A stretch of 64,000 bases of DNA from Gemmatimonadales bacterium (lineage in GTDB: Bacteria > Gemmatimonadota > Gemmatimonadetes > Gemmatimonadales > GWC2-71-9): contig JBGATI010000017.1 of the NCBI GenBank assembly GCA_044229245.1, forward strand, positions 16,830-80,829. Reading direction: 5' to 3'. Positions 57,341-64,000 of the stretch are shown piece after piece. The translations under genes and the position numbers were made by a program. Positions within the stretch are counted from its first letter, which is position 1. Every line of letters starts with the position of its first letter. A model generated the notes under the pieces. The model ran no database searches. It was given only the letters and a program-made list of their open reading frames with translations, and was not told the DNA's origin.

Positions 57341-57372
57341 GGTGCAGCGACTTGAGCCAGCGCGTGCGGTTC
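57341..57372 (-). promoter_or_regulatory. GGTGCAGCGA plus a degenerate second copy (CGTGCGGTTC) 22 bp away, upstream of the MFS gene
   Basis: The 10-mer recurs in the sites at 63183-63215, and its 3' 9 nt also in the second repeat at 61187-61215. The second half-site matches only about 5/10. Confidence 0.3.
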
Positions 57373-57456
57373 AGTCGGGACGGATGTCCTCCTCGTCCGC
57401 AGCCCGAATCGCGGGGAGCCGGCGGCGACGCGGACCGCGCGGGAGGGGAGTCGCGG

Positions 57457-57771
57457 CTACTCCGGCATGCATCCCCGAGGCGAGTACCTGAGCGGGATCG
57501 AGTCCCGCCTCGCGAGCGTGTCGCGTGCGACGGGCCGCGTGGGGGGCGCCGCATGCCGCTGTGGTGGTTGGGTCCGCGGGGCCTTCGCCTGATCCCGCCC
57601 GAGGCGGAGCGAATCCATCATGAACCCGTTCGCACGGACGAAAGCGGTATCGAAGTGCTCGGCCGCAGCGACCGCCACCGGAGCGATGCCGTCCCGAGCG
57701 CCGGCCACGATCGCTCCCAGCCCGAGCAGTGCAAAGGCGACGCTCAGCCCGCGTGGGAGACCATCGCTCAC
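57457..57771 (-). CDS. Possible small membrane protein, last gene of the sulfur operon
   Basis: The GTG overlaps the upstream TGA (GTGA). One TM helix (LSVAFALLGLGAIVAGA). The C-terminal half is low-complexity, so this may be non-coding. Confidence 0.3.
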   Translation of the reverse strand: MSDGLPRGLSVAFALLGLGAIVAGARDGIAPVAVAAAEHFDTAFVRANGFMMDSLRLGRDQAKAPRTQPPQRHAAPPTRPVARDTLARRDSIPLRYSPRGCMPE

Positions 57772-58349
57772 CGCTTCCTCCCTGCCGTCAGCCGTTCAAT
57801 CAGCAGGAACGCACCGAGCGCCAGCAACGTGATGCTCCCGACCACCACTCCAGTCGGCAGACCGAGCAGATCGGACAACGTCGCCCCCGGCATCGGGGTC
57901 GATTCGAGGAACGGCCCGAGCGAGCCGGCGACCTCACCGAACACCAGCATGCCCGCCACCATGCCGACGAGCGCCGCGAGGCCATCGAGTCGTCCGCTCA
58001 CACTGGCCACGCATGAGGTGCCCGGGCAGTAGCCGGCGAGCACGAAGCCCGCCCCGAATATCAGTCCACCCACGAGCTGCGGCAGGACGTAGGTCGGAGG
58101 AACAAGGAGCGCCGCCCGATCGAGCACCCCGGACCGCTCGGCCCAGTAGAGGCCCAGCATCGCCGTGATGATGGCGGTGAACATCACCTTGAACACGGTG
58201 AGGTCCCGGAAGTAGAACTGTCCGCTGAGCTTCCGGCCGTCACCGAGACCTCCCCGCTCGAGCGCCGCACCGAAGCCGGCGCCGAGGAGAAGCGCGAAGC
58301 CGAGGCCGAACGGCTGCGGCATGCCGTCCAGCGGAAAGGTCAGCCCCAT
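57768..58349 (-). CDS. YeeE/YedE-family half-size membrane protein (sulfur-compound transport)
   Basis: FGAGFVLAGYCPGTS contains the conserved Cys loop. 10-nt overlap with the upstream gene. Confidence 0.8.
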   Translation of the reverse strand: MGLTFPLDGMPQPFGLGFALLLGAGFGAALERGGLGDGRKLSGQFYFRDLTVFKVMFTAIITAMLGLYWAERSGVLDRAALLVPPTYVLPQLVGGLIFGAGFVLAGYCPGTSCVASVSGRLDGLAALVGMVAGMLVFGEVAGSLGPFLESTPMPGATLSDLLGLPTGVVVGSITLLALGAFLLIERLTAGRKR

Positions 58350-58873
58350 TGCCGCCTCACAAACCAGGCGGAGAGATACCCGCCTCCGAACAGGGCGAGC
58401 ATGAACACCCAGCTCCCTACCCCCAGCAGCGCGCCACCGGTGAGCGCGAGTCCGCTGGTGCAGCCGCGTGCCAGTGCGGCCCCGAACCCCATCACGCAGC
58501 CTCCGGTCGCGGCACAGGCGAGTCGCGCCGGGTCCCTGACTCGATCTCCGCGGGTGACGCAGAGACGCACCCGACCTGCGCGTCTCGCCGAGTAATAGGC
58601 GCCGAGCATGAGGCCCAGCACCTCGAAGACGATCCAGTAGCGAACGGCGAACGGCGTCGCGGTGCGCTCGTCGGCATAGAACGGGTTGGCGGTGACCTGC
58701 GCCGGAAGCAGCAGGCGCATGGCATCGCCGGTCACGGTCCGGACCGCGCCGATGACGCCCAGCCCTCGGCCGGCGATCAGGAACGAGGCGAGGAGCACCA
58801 GGCCAAGGGCGACGCCAGCGAGATAGGGGTTGGCGTATCGTTCCCCGGGATCAGTGGCGGAAGTAGGCGGCAT
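58340..58873 (-). CDS. YeeE/YedE-family half-size membrane protein (sulfur-compound transport)
   Basis: Start is the ATG at 58873. GFGAALARGCTSGLALTG contains the conserved Cys loop. 23-nt overlap with the upstream gene. Confidence 0.8.
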   Translation of the reverse strand: MPPTSATDPGERYANPYLAGVALGLVLLASFLIAGRGLGVIGAVRTVTGDAMRLLLPAQVTANPFYADERTATPFAVRYWIVFEVLGLMLGAYYSARRAGRVRLCVTRGDRVRDPARLACAATGGCVMGFGAALARGCTSGLALTGGALLGVGSWVFMLALFGGGYLSAWFVRRQWG

Positions 58874-60197
58874 AGTCGACGCTCCCCCTTGGGTGGGTGT
58901 AGTCCCCGTGCGCGGGGTCGTACGCGTATCCGTCGGCGTACCTCCCTTCGGCGATCGCCGTGACCGCCTCCACAAGGCGGAGCACCTCCTCCCGCGTGTT
59001 GTCGAGACCGAAGCTCACCCGCACCGCTCCGGGCAGCGGATGGCCGGACGGGACGGACCGCTCGTCGATGCCGAGCAGATGCCGGATGTACGCCTGCGCG
59101 CAGAAGCACCCACTCCGGGTTCCGATGCCCCACTCGGCCCCGAGGATTCCCGCGACCAGGCCGTGCGGCAACCCCCTGAGGTTGAAGGAGACGACCCCGA
59201 CCCGTGGCCGCGCCGTGCCGCCGTAGAGGGTGAGGCCGGGAATCGCGCCGAGTCGCTGCAGCGCGAGCTGAGTCAGCTCCGCCTCCCGGGCCACGATCCG
59301 GCGCCACCCGATCTCGTTGCAGTAGCGGAGCGCGGCCGCGAGAGCCACGGCGCCCATGATGCATGGCGTGCCGGCCTCCTCGCGCGCCGGCAGCGTCGTC
59401 CAGATGACCTCCTGCTCCGCGACCCGGCTCACCGTGCCACCTCCGACCTGGTACGGCGCGCCTGAGGCGAAGAGGGCGCGCGGTGCCACCAGCACGCCAG
59501 CCCCGAACGGTGCGTAGAGCTTGTGCCCGGAGAAGACCAGGAGATCGAGGTGACGCGGGTCATCCGGGTGTCCCAGTTCGATCGGGCGATGCGGGGCAAG
59601 CTGGGCGGCATCCACCATGATGCGAGCGCCCGCCGCGTGGGCCCACTCCGCCCAGGTGTGCACCGGATTGAGCAGGCCGGTGACGTTCGACGCACCCGTC
59701 ACCGCGAGCAGTGCGACTCGGCCCCGATACGCCGCGAGCTTCGCGACGAGATCCGATTCATCCACCGCGCCGTCCGCCGTGAGCCCGACATGCACGACCT
59801 CCGCGACCCGCCGCCACGGGAGCTCGTTGGAGTGATGCTCCATGAGGGTCGTCAGTACCACGGCACCGGAGGCCAGTGGATAGCGCGCCGCGAGCTGGTT
59901 GATCGCCTCACTGGTGTTGCGGGTGAAGATCACCACACCATGCGCATCATCCACGCCAAGGTGCCTGGCGATATCCTCGCGCGCAGCCTCGTAGGCCCAG
60001 GTGCTGAGGCGCGACTTGAAGCCGGCGCCCCGGTGCACGTTGCCGTACCAGGACGCGAGTCCATTGACCGCCTGGAGTGCCGCCTGGCAGGGTGGCGTGC
60101 TCGCGGCGTTGTCAAAGTTCACGTAGCTGGTCATCCCTCCTCCCAGCAGCGGCACCTGGACGTCGCCGCCGGCAACCAGGCCCATGGCGGCGGTCAT
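58851..60197 (-). CDS. Class-V aminotransferase-fold PLP enzyme, cysteine-desulfurase-like (MOCOS/NifS-like)
   Basis: The ATG at 60197 overlaps the upstream TGA (ATGA). PLP-Lys context FSGHKLYAPFGAGVL. Active-site Cys context GTRSGCFCAQ. Confidence 0.8.
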   Translation of the reverse strand: MTAAMGLVAGGDVQVPLLGGGMTSYVNFDNAASTPPCQAALQAVNGLASWYGNVHRGAGFKSRLSTWAYEAAREDIARHLGVDDAHGVVIFTRNTSEAINQLAARYPLASGAVVLTTLMEHHSNELPWRRVAEVVHVGLTADGAVDESDLVAKLAAYRGRVALLAVTGASNVTGLLNPVHTWAEWAHAAGARIMVDAAQLAPHRPIELGHPDDPRHLDLLVFSGHKLYAPFGAGVLVAPRALFASGAPYQVGGGTVSRVAEQEVIWTTLPAREEAGTPCIMGAVALAAALRYCNEIGWRRIVAREAELTQLALQRLGAIPGLTLYGGTARPRVGVVSFNLRGLPHGLVAGILGAEWGIGTRSGCFCAQAYIRHLLGIDERSVPSGHPLPGAVRVSFGLDNTREEVLRLVEAVTAIAEGRYADGYAYDPAHGDYTHPRGSVDYAAYFRH

Positions 60198-61114
60198 TTC
60201 GTGTGCAGACTCCGATTGGCGCCCTCCACCGGGAGGTCGCTGCGGCCGCTCCACTCCTGGAAGGAGCCGTCGTAGAGCCGCACGTCGTAGCCGAGATAGC
60301 GGGCCGCGAACCAGACGAGCGAGGCCTGCTGACCGATGTGGCAGTAGCCGACCACCGTCTTTCCCCTGGTCACGCCGGCCGCGGCAAACTTCGCCTCCAG
60401 CGTGGCGCGATCAAGCAGATGATTCTGGTCGTCCACGAGCCGGTCATATGGCAGGCTCTTCGCGCCAGGAATGTGTCCGCCCCGGGGCATCTCGTTGTCG
60501 AGCGTGTCGAGATAGAAGCCGGGATCACGCGCGTCGATGAGGGCGATCTCCGGCGAATCGAGCCGCGCCTTGAGCCAGTCCGCCGTCACAATGACATCCG
60601 GCCTGAAGGCGGTCTTGAAATGGCCCGGCGTCACCGCGGGGACCTCGGTCGTCACCGGGTTGCCGGCTGTCACCCAGGCCGGGAGGCCGCCGTCGAGCAG
60701 CGACACCCGCCCGCGAAGCCCCGCGGCCTCGAGGGTCAGCACCGCGCGGGTGGAGGGTGAGACCCAGTCGTTGGCGAAGTAGACGATCACGCGCGAGTCA
60801 TTGGAGACGCCCTTGGCCGAGAAGACCGAGTCGAGTTTCGCCGCCGAGGGAAGTTCGAGCATCAGCGGCATCGGCGTCGCGGTCATGTCGTGCGGCGTCG
60901 AGAGGTCACGAAAGTCCAGTCGCTGCGCGCGGGGGATGTGGCGGGCCGCATACTCCTCCGGACGGCCGATCTCGAAGAGGACCAGGCCAGGATCGTGCAG
61001 GTGCGCGGCGAGCCACGCGGGCGAGACCAGGATCGGCTCGGCGCGTGCCGCGGGGGCGGCGGGGGCAGGATCAGTGGCGAAGATGAGGGACGAAGCGAGC
61101 AGCAGTGCCAGCAT
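60194..61114 (-). CDS. Tandem-rhodanese sulfurtransferase with a probable export signal
   Basis: GGGAGG precedes the ATG at 61114 (MLALLLASSLIFA). Two rhodanese modules. The active-site loop is YCHIGQQAS. The listed TTG start at 61180 sits 7 nt from the direct repeats and is less likely. Confidence 0.8.
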   Translation of the reverse strand: MLALLLASSLIFATDPAPAAPAARAEPILVSPAWLAAHLHDPGLVLFEIGRPEEYAARHIPRAQRLDFRDLSTPHDMTATPMPLMLELPSAAKLDSVFSAKGVSNDSRVIVYFANDWVSPSTRAVLTLEAAGLRGRVSLLDGGLPAWVTAGNPVTTEVPAVTPGHFKTAFRPDVIVTADWLKARLDSPEIALIDARDPGFYLDTLDNEMPRGGHIPGAKSLPYDRLVDDQNHLLDRATLEAKFAAAGVTRGKTVVGYCHIGQQASLVWFAARYLGYDVRLYDGSFQEWSGRSDLPVEGANRSLHTK

Positions 61115-61186
61115 GAGGCCTCCCGGGTGTGAAGTCGCTGTAACCGGCTTCACGATGGGAAGGCTGGCACGTCGGGACAATCAGTT

Positions 61187-61215
61187 TGCAGCGAACGGTC
61201 AACCGGTGCAGCGAA
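61187..61215 (-). promoter_or_regulatory. Direct-repeat pair TGCAGCGAA N11 TGCAGCGAA (20-bp period) between the LytTR gene stop and the rhodanese gene
   Basis: The copies are at 61187-61195 and 61207-61215. The architecture fits LytTR-family binding sites. Confidence 0.5.
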
Positions 61216-61236
61216 TGGCGGGAAGGGCGCGAGTCG

Positions 61237-62019
61237 TCAGAGCGCCTGGCCGAGCCGGGCCTCGAGGTGCTCGCGGCGGGCGCGGCTCAGTTTGAGCCGG
61301 GTCCCGTCCTGCAAGAGCAGGATATGCTCCCCCTTGAAGTAGGGCTGGAGCTCGCGGATCCGGTCGAGATTCACGATGGCGGAGCGATGCACGCGGAAGA
61401 ATCGGGCGGGATCGAGCCGGGCCTCGAGGGCGTTCAGCGATTCCCGGAGCAGGTGCACCTGCCCCCGGGTGTGGAGCTTCACGTTGTAGTCCGCCGCCTC
61501 GATCCAGTCGAGATCCTCCACCCGGACGAAGGCCACGCTCCCCTCGTGTTTGACGATGAGCCGGGTCAGCCGCGGCTCGGACGGGGCCGCACGACCGCGA
61601 TCCTCGAGCAGCCCGACCAGCCGGCGGCTGAGCTCGCCGAGCTCGGCGCTCCGGAGACTCTTCTTGGCACGGTCGAGTGCCTCGGCGAAGCGTTCATCGT
61701 CGAAGGGCTTGAGCAGGTAATCCAGCGCGTGCACCTCGAAGGCCCGGAGGGCGTGCTGATCGTACGCCGTCACGAAGATCACCGCCGGCATCCGGTCCCG
61801 CGGCAGCGTGCGCAGGACCTCGAAGCCGTCGAGCTCCGGCATCTGCACGTCGAGGATCAGCAGGTCAGGCTGCAGAGTCCGGATGGCCTCGACGGCGGCG
61901 CGGCCATCGGCGGCCTCCCCGACGACGGCGATCTCCGGATCCCTGGCGAGGAGCTGTACCACTCCCGTCCGCGCCAGCGGCTCGTCATCCACCACGAGCA
62001 CCCGGACGGGCGCGCTCAT
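61237..62019 (-). CDS. LytTR-family response regulator
   Basis: ATGA overlap with the kinase gene. REC domain (VLVVDDEPLAR ... LLILDVQMP). The C-terminal LytTR domain includes VRVEDLDWIEAADYNVKLHT ... FFRVHRSAIVNL. Confidence 0.9.
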   Translation of the reverse strand: MSAPVRVLVVDDEPLARTGVVQLLARDPEIAVVGEAADGRAAVEAIRTLQPDLLILDVQMPELDGFEVLRTLPRDRMPAVIFVTAYDQHALRAFEVHALDYLLKPFDDERFAEALDRAKKSLRSAELGELSRRLVGLLEDRGRAAPSEPRLTRLIVKHEGSVAFVRVEDLDWIEAADYNVKLHTRGQVHLLRESLNALEARLDPARFFRVHRSAIVNLDRIRELQPYFKGEHILLLQDGTRLKLSRARREHLEARLGQAL

Positions 62020-63143
62020 GCGATCGCCGGCACCGGGGACGCCGGCCGGGTGCGAAACGGCAGCGTGATGCGCGCGATGACCCCACCCCCGTCCGCCTCG
62101 CGCAATTCGAAGGACTGCTCGCCGCCATAGAGCCGGGCGAGGCGCTCGCGGATGTTGCGCAGCCCGACCCCGGTGCTCGGCACGGGCGTGCGGGAGTCGT
62201 CGAGCCCGGGACCGTCGTCCCGCACTGTGAGCAGCAGCCGGTCGCCGTCGCGCGCGGCGGCGATCTCTACCAGACCGGCGGCCGCCCTCCGGCCGATGCC
62301 ATGCCGAATGGCGTTCTCCACCAGCGGCTGCAGCAGCAGATTGGGCACCCACGCCTCCGCGGTGCCGGGAGCGGTGTTCACCACGACCTGCAGCCGGTCC
62401 TGGAATCGCACCCGCTCGATCGCCAGGTACCGTTCGAGAAATCCCAGCTCCTCGGCCAGCGGGACCTCGAGGGCCGGGTGCTCCTGCAGCACGTAGCGCA
62501 TGAGCTCGCTCAGTCCCGCGAGGGCGCGGACCGCCTCATCGTTGCGCTTCGCGCGGACCAGCATCGCCACGCTGTTCATCGCATTGAAGAAGAAGTGCGG
62601 GTTGAGCTGGTTGCGGAGGGCCTCGAGCTGGCTCTCCGCCAGCTGCACCGCGAGGTTCGCCGCCGCGCGCTCCCGCTCCCGAAAGCGGCGATAGTACCCC
62701 GCGGCATAGAGGAGCCCGAGGATCGAGCCGTAGGCCGGCAGGTCGAAAGTCAGGGAGCGGATCGCACCGACCAGCAGCCCGATCCCGAGCGTCGCCGGTG
62801 TCGAGAAGTGGATAATGCCAAAGGCGAAGGTGATGAGGCTCTGAATGACGGAGTGCAGCATCGTGACCGCGATCGCCACGATCAGGTGGAGCAGCACCTT
62901 GGCCAGCGGCCACTCGCCTTCGAGCGGCACCCGGTTCACAAACCAGATGATGATCGGGGCCAGCAGTATCCAGATGAACCAGTAGGGCATCCCCATCTTC
63001 AGCGCATGGGCGATCGTCGGATCGCCGCCATGCTGCAGCATCGAGAGATGGTGTTCGCCGGAGCCGATGGCACCGAGCACGGTGGCGACACCGAGCGCGA
63101 CGAGGAACAGCTGCCGGCCGATGGGGAGCGGGGAGTCGTCCAT
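62016..63143 (-). CDS. LytS/YehU-type sensor histidine kinase (polytopic sensor + His_kinase + HATPase_c)
   Basis: LNPHFFFNAMNSVAMLV is the PF06580 H-box. Start is the ATG at 63143 (MDDSP); the listed 63152 is a TTG. Confidence 0.85.
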   Translation of the reverse strand: MDDSPLPIGRQLFLVALGVATVLGAIGSGEHHLSMLQHGGDPTIAHALKMGMPYWFIWILLAPIIIWFVNRVPLEGEWPLAKVLLHLIVAIAVTMLHSVIQSLITFAFGIIHFSTPATLGIGLLVGAIRSLTFDLPAYGSILGLLYAAGYYRRFRERERAAANLAVQLAESQLEALRNQLNPHFFFNAMNSVAMLVRAKRNDEAVRALAGLSELMRYVLQEHPALEVPLAEELGFLERYLAIERVRFQDRLQVVVNTAPGTAEAWVPNLLLQPLVENAIRHGIGRRAAAGLVEIAAARDGDRLLLTVRDDGPGLDDSRTPVPSTGVGLRNIRERLARLYGGEQSFELREADGGGVIARITLPFRTRPASPVPAIA

Positions 63144-63182
63144 GCGCGTCAAGCTACGCGCCGGACCCGGTGGGGAGAAGGC

Positions 63183-63215
63183 TGGTGCAGCGAAAGTCGC
63201 TCCTGGTGCAGCGAG
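63183..63215 (-). promoter_or_regulatory. Direct-repeat pair CTGGTGCAGCGA N9 CTGGTGCAGCGA (21-bp period) 40-72 nt upstream of the LytS-type kinase gene
   Basis: The 12-mer copies are at 63183-63194 and 63204-63215. They share the core of the pair at 61187-61215. Confidence 0.5.
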
Positions 63216-63251
63216 CGCCCCATACGCCGCAGCAGGCCAAGGCAGGCCAGC

Positions 63252-63830
63252 TCAGTCCGGCGGCGGATCGAAGAGCGACGGCTGGTCGGTCGTCTGCGCG
63301 CCTTCGATGTGCAGCAGGCGGAGCTTGGTTACCCGGCCGCCACTCGCCGAGAAACCCCCGACCCGGCCACCCGCCGCGAGCACCCGGTGACAGGGGACGA
63401 CGATGACGAAGGGATTGGCGCCCAGCGCCTGGCCCACCGCCCGGGAGGCACCGGGTTCGCCGAGCCGTGCGGCGATCGCGCCGTAGGTCAGCGTCCGCCC
63501 CCGGGCGATGCCGCGGGCGACGTCGTACACTCGGCGGTGAAAGGGCGGGATCCCCTCCAGATCGAGCGGTGCAGCGGAGAGATCCCGCCGCTCTCCCTTC
63601 AGCAGTGCCACGATGCCATCGATCGTCTCCTGAATCTCCGGCGGCGGTTCGGTGGCGACGGTGACGGGGAAGCGCTCGAGCAGCCGGGCACGAGTGTCCC
63701 GTTCGGTGACCTCGGGCAGCTGCACCGCGACGATGCCGCGATCGCTCCAGGCGATGCCGACTCGGCCAAGGGTGGTATCGAAGAGGGTGTAGCCGATCGG
63801 TCCGCGATCGGCATCGGCTTCGTTGATCAT
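63252..63830 (-). CDS. ogt: Methylated-DNA--protein-cysteine methyltransferase
   Basis: Active site VVPCHRVL, with TYGAIAARLG and the helix-turn-wing region. Start is the ATG at 63830. Confidence 0.9.
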   Translation of the reverse strand: MINEADADRGPIGYTLFDTTLGRVGIAWSDRGIVAVQLPEVTERDTRARLLERFPVTVATEPPPEIQETIDGIVALLKGERRDLSAAPLDLEGIPPFHRRVYDVARGIARGRTLTYGAIAARLGEPGASRAVGQALGANPFVIVVPCHRVLAAGGRVGGFSASGGRVTKLRLLHIEGAQTTDQPSLFDPPPD

Positions 63831-63837
63831 CTGGCGT

Positions 63838-64000
63838 TCAGTCCGACTGCAGTTCGCTGACGGCCCGTTCAGCCTGGTCGATGGCACAGTTGGTGTACGC
63901 AAAGGCGCCGGCATCGGAGTTGGCGATGGTGATCCGGCCGAATCGCTGCCGGCCGATCACACAGGGTTCGAGGTGTTCCGGGACGATCGGGTCCCAGAGT
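63838..64000 (-). CDS. 3' end of an unidentified gene running off the window
   Basis: Not in the ORF track because it has no start in the window. Hand translation is open to the edge (LWDPIVPEHLEPCVIGRQRFGRITIANSDAGAFAYTNCAIDQAERAVSELQSD*) with G/C-ending codons. The stop is 7 nt before the ogt start. Confidence 0.5.
   Translation of the reverse strand, partial: LWDPIVPEHLEPCVIGRQRFGRITIANSDAGAFAYTNCAIDQAERAVSELQSD

Overview
Very GC-rich chromosomal segment (roughly 68-70 % by eye, not computed) with about 50 protein genes. I found no rRNA or tRNA genes, no transposase or integrase, no CRISPR array and no recognisable phage-defence system. All family calls rest on motifs I recognise in the supplied translations; no database search was run. 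Gene content points to a Gemmatimonadota- or Acidobacteriota-like diderm, which is inference only: Big_2 domains fused to LVIVD or YVTN propellers, a ~1000-aa TonB-dependent receptor, type III glutamine synthetase and many small lipoproteins. Layout: a 5'-truncated TPR-CHAT protein (2-3592). A patch of small secreted or lipoproteins mixed with metal-related membrane proteins (3.6-8.6 kb). A 400-bp intergenic array of phased 21-bp repeats (8649-9047). GH57, VanZ-like and PGM1-like ATP-grasp genes (9.1-13.9 kb). Two Big_2/beta-propeller surface proteins (14.1-17.9 kb). aguB-aguA (18.1-20.1 kb). Housekeeping and signalling genes including GS-III, rpsU and a cold-shock gene (20-29 kb). A LacI-headed carbohydrate locus that looks dedicated to beta-1,2-glucan (29.3-47.4 kb). 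Malic enzyme and ADP-forming acyl-CoA synthetase (47.5-51.2 kb). A two-component pair, a phytase-like esterase and topoisomerase IB (51.3-55.8 kb). A repeat-dense gap (55.8-56.1 kb). An MFS transporter (56.1-57.3 kb). A LytS/LytTR pair upstream of a tightly coupled rhodanese / NifS-like / split-YeeE operon (57.5-63.1 kb). ogt (63.3-63.8 kb). Most worth follow-up: (1) the 21-bp array. (2) TGCAGCGA direct-repeat pairs at LytTR-type spacing that tie the LytS/LytTR pair to the sulfur operon. (3) The composition of that operon. (4) The beta-1,2-glucan locus. (5) The uncharacterised 1046-aa secreted protein embedded in it. Dozens of long ORFs antisense to real genes are the usual high-GC shadow ORFs and were discarded.
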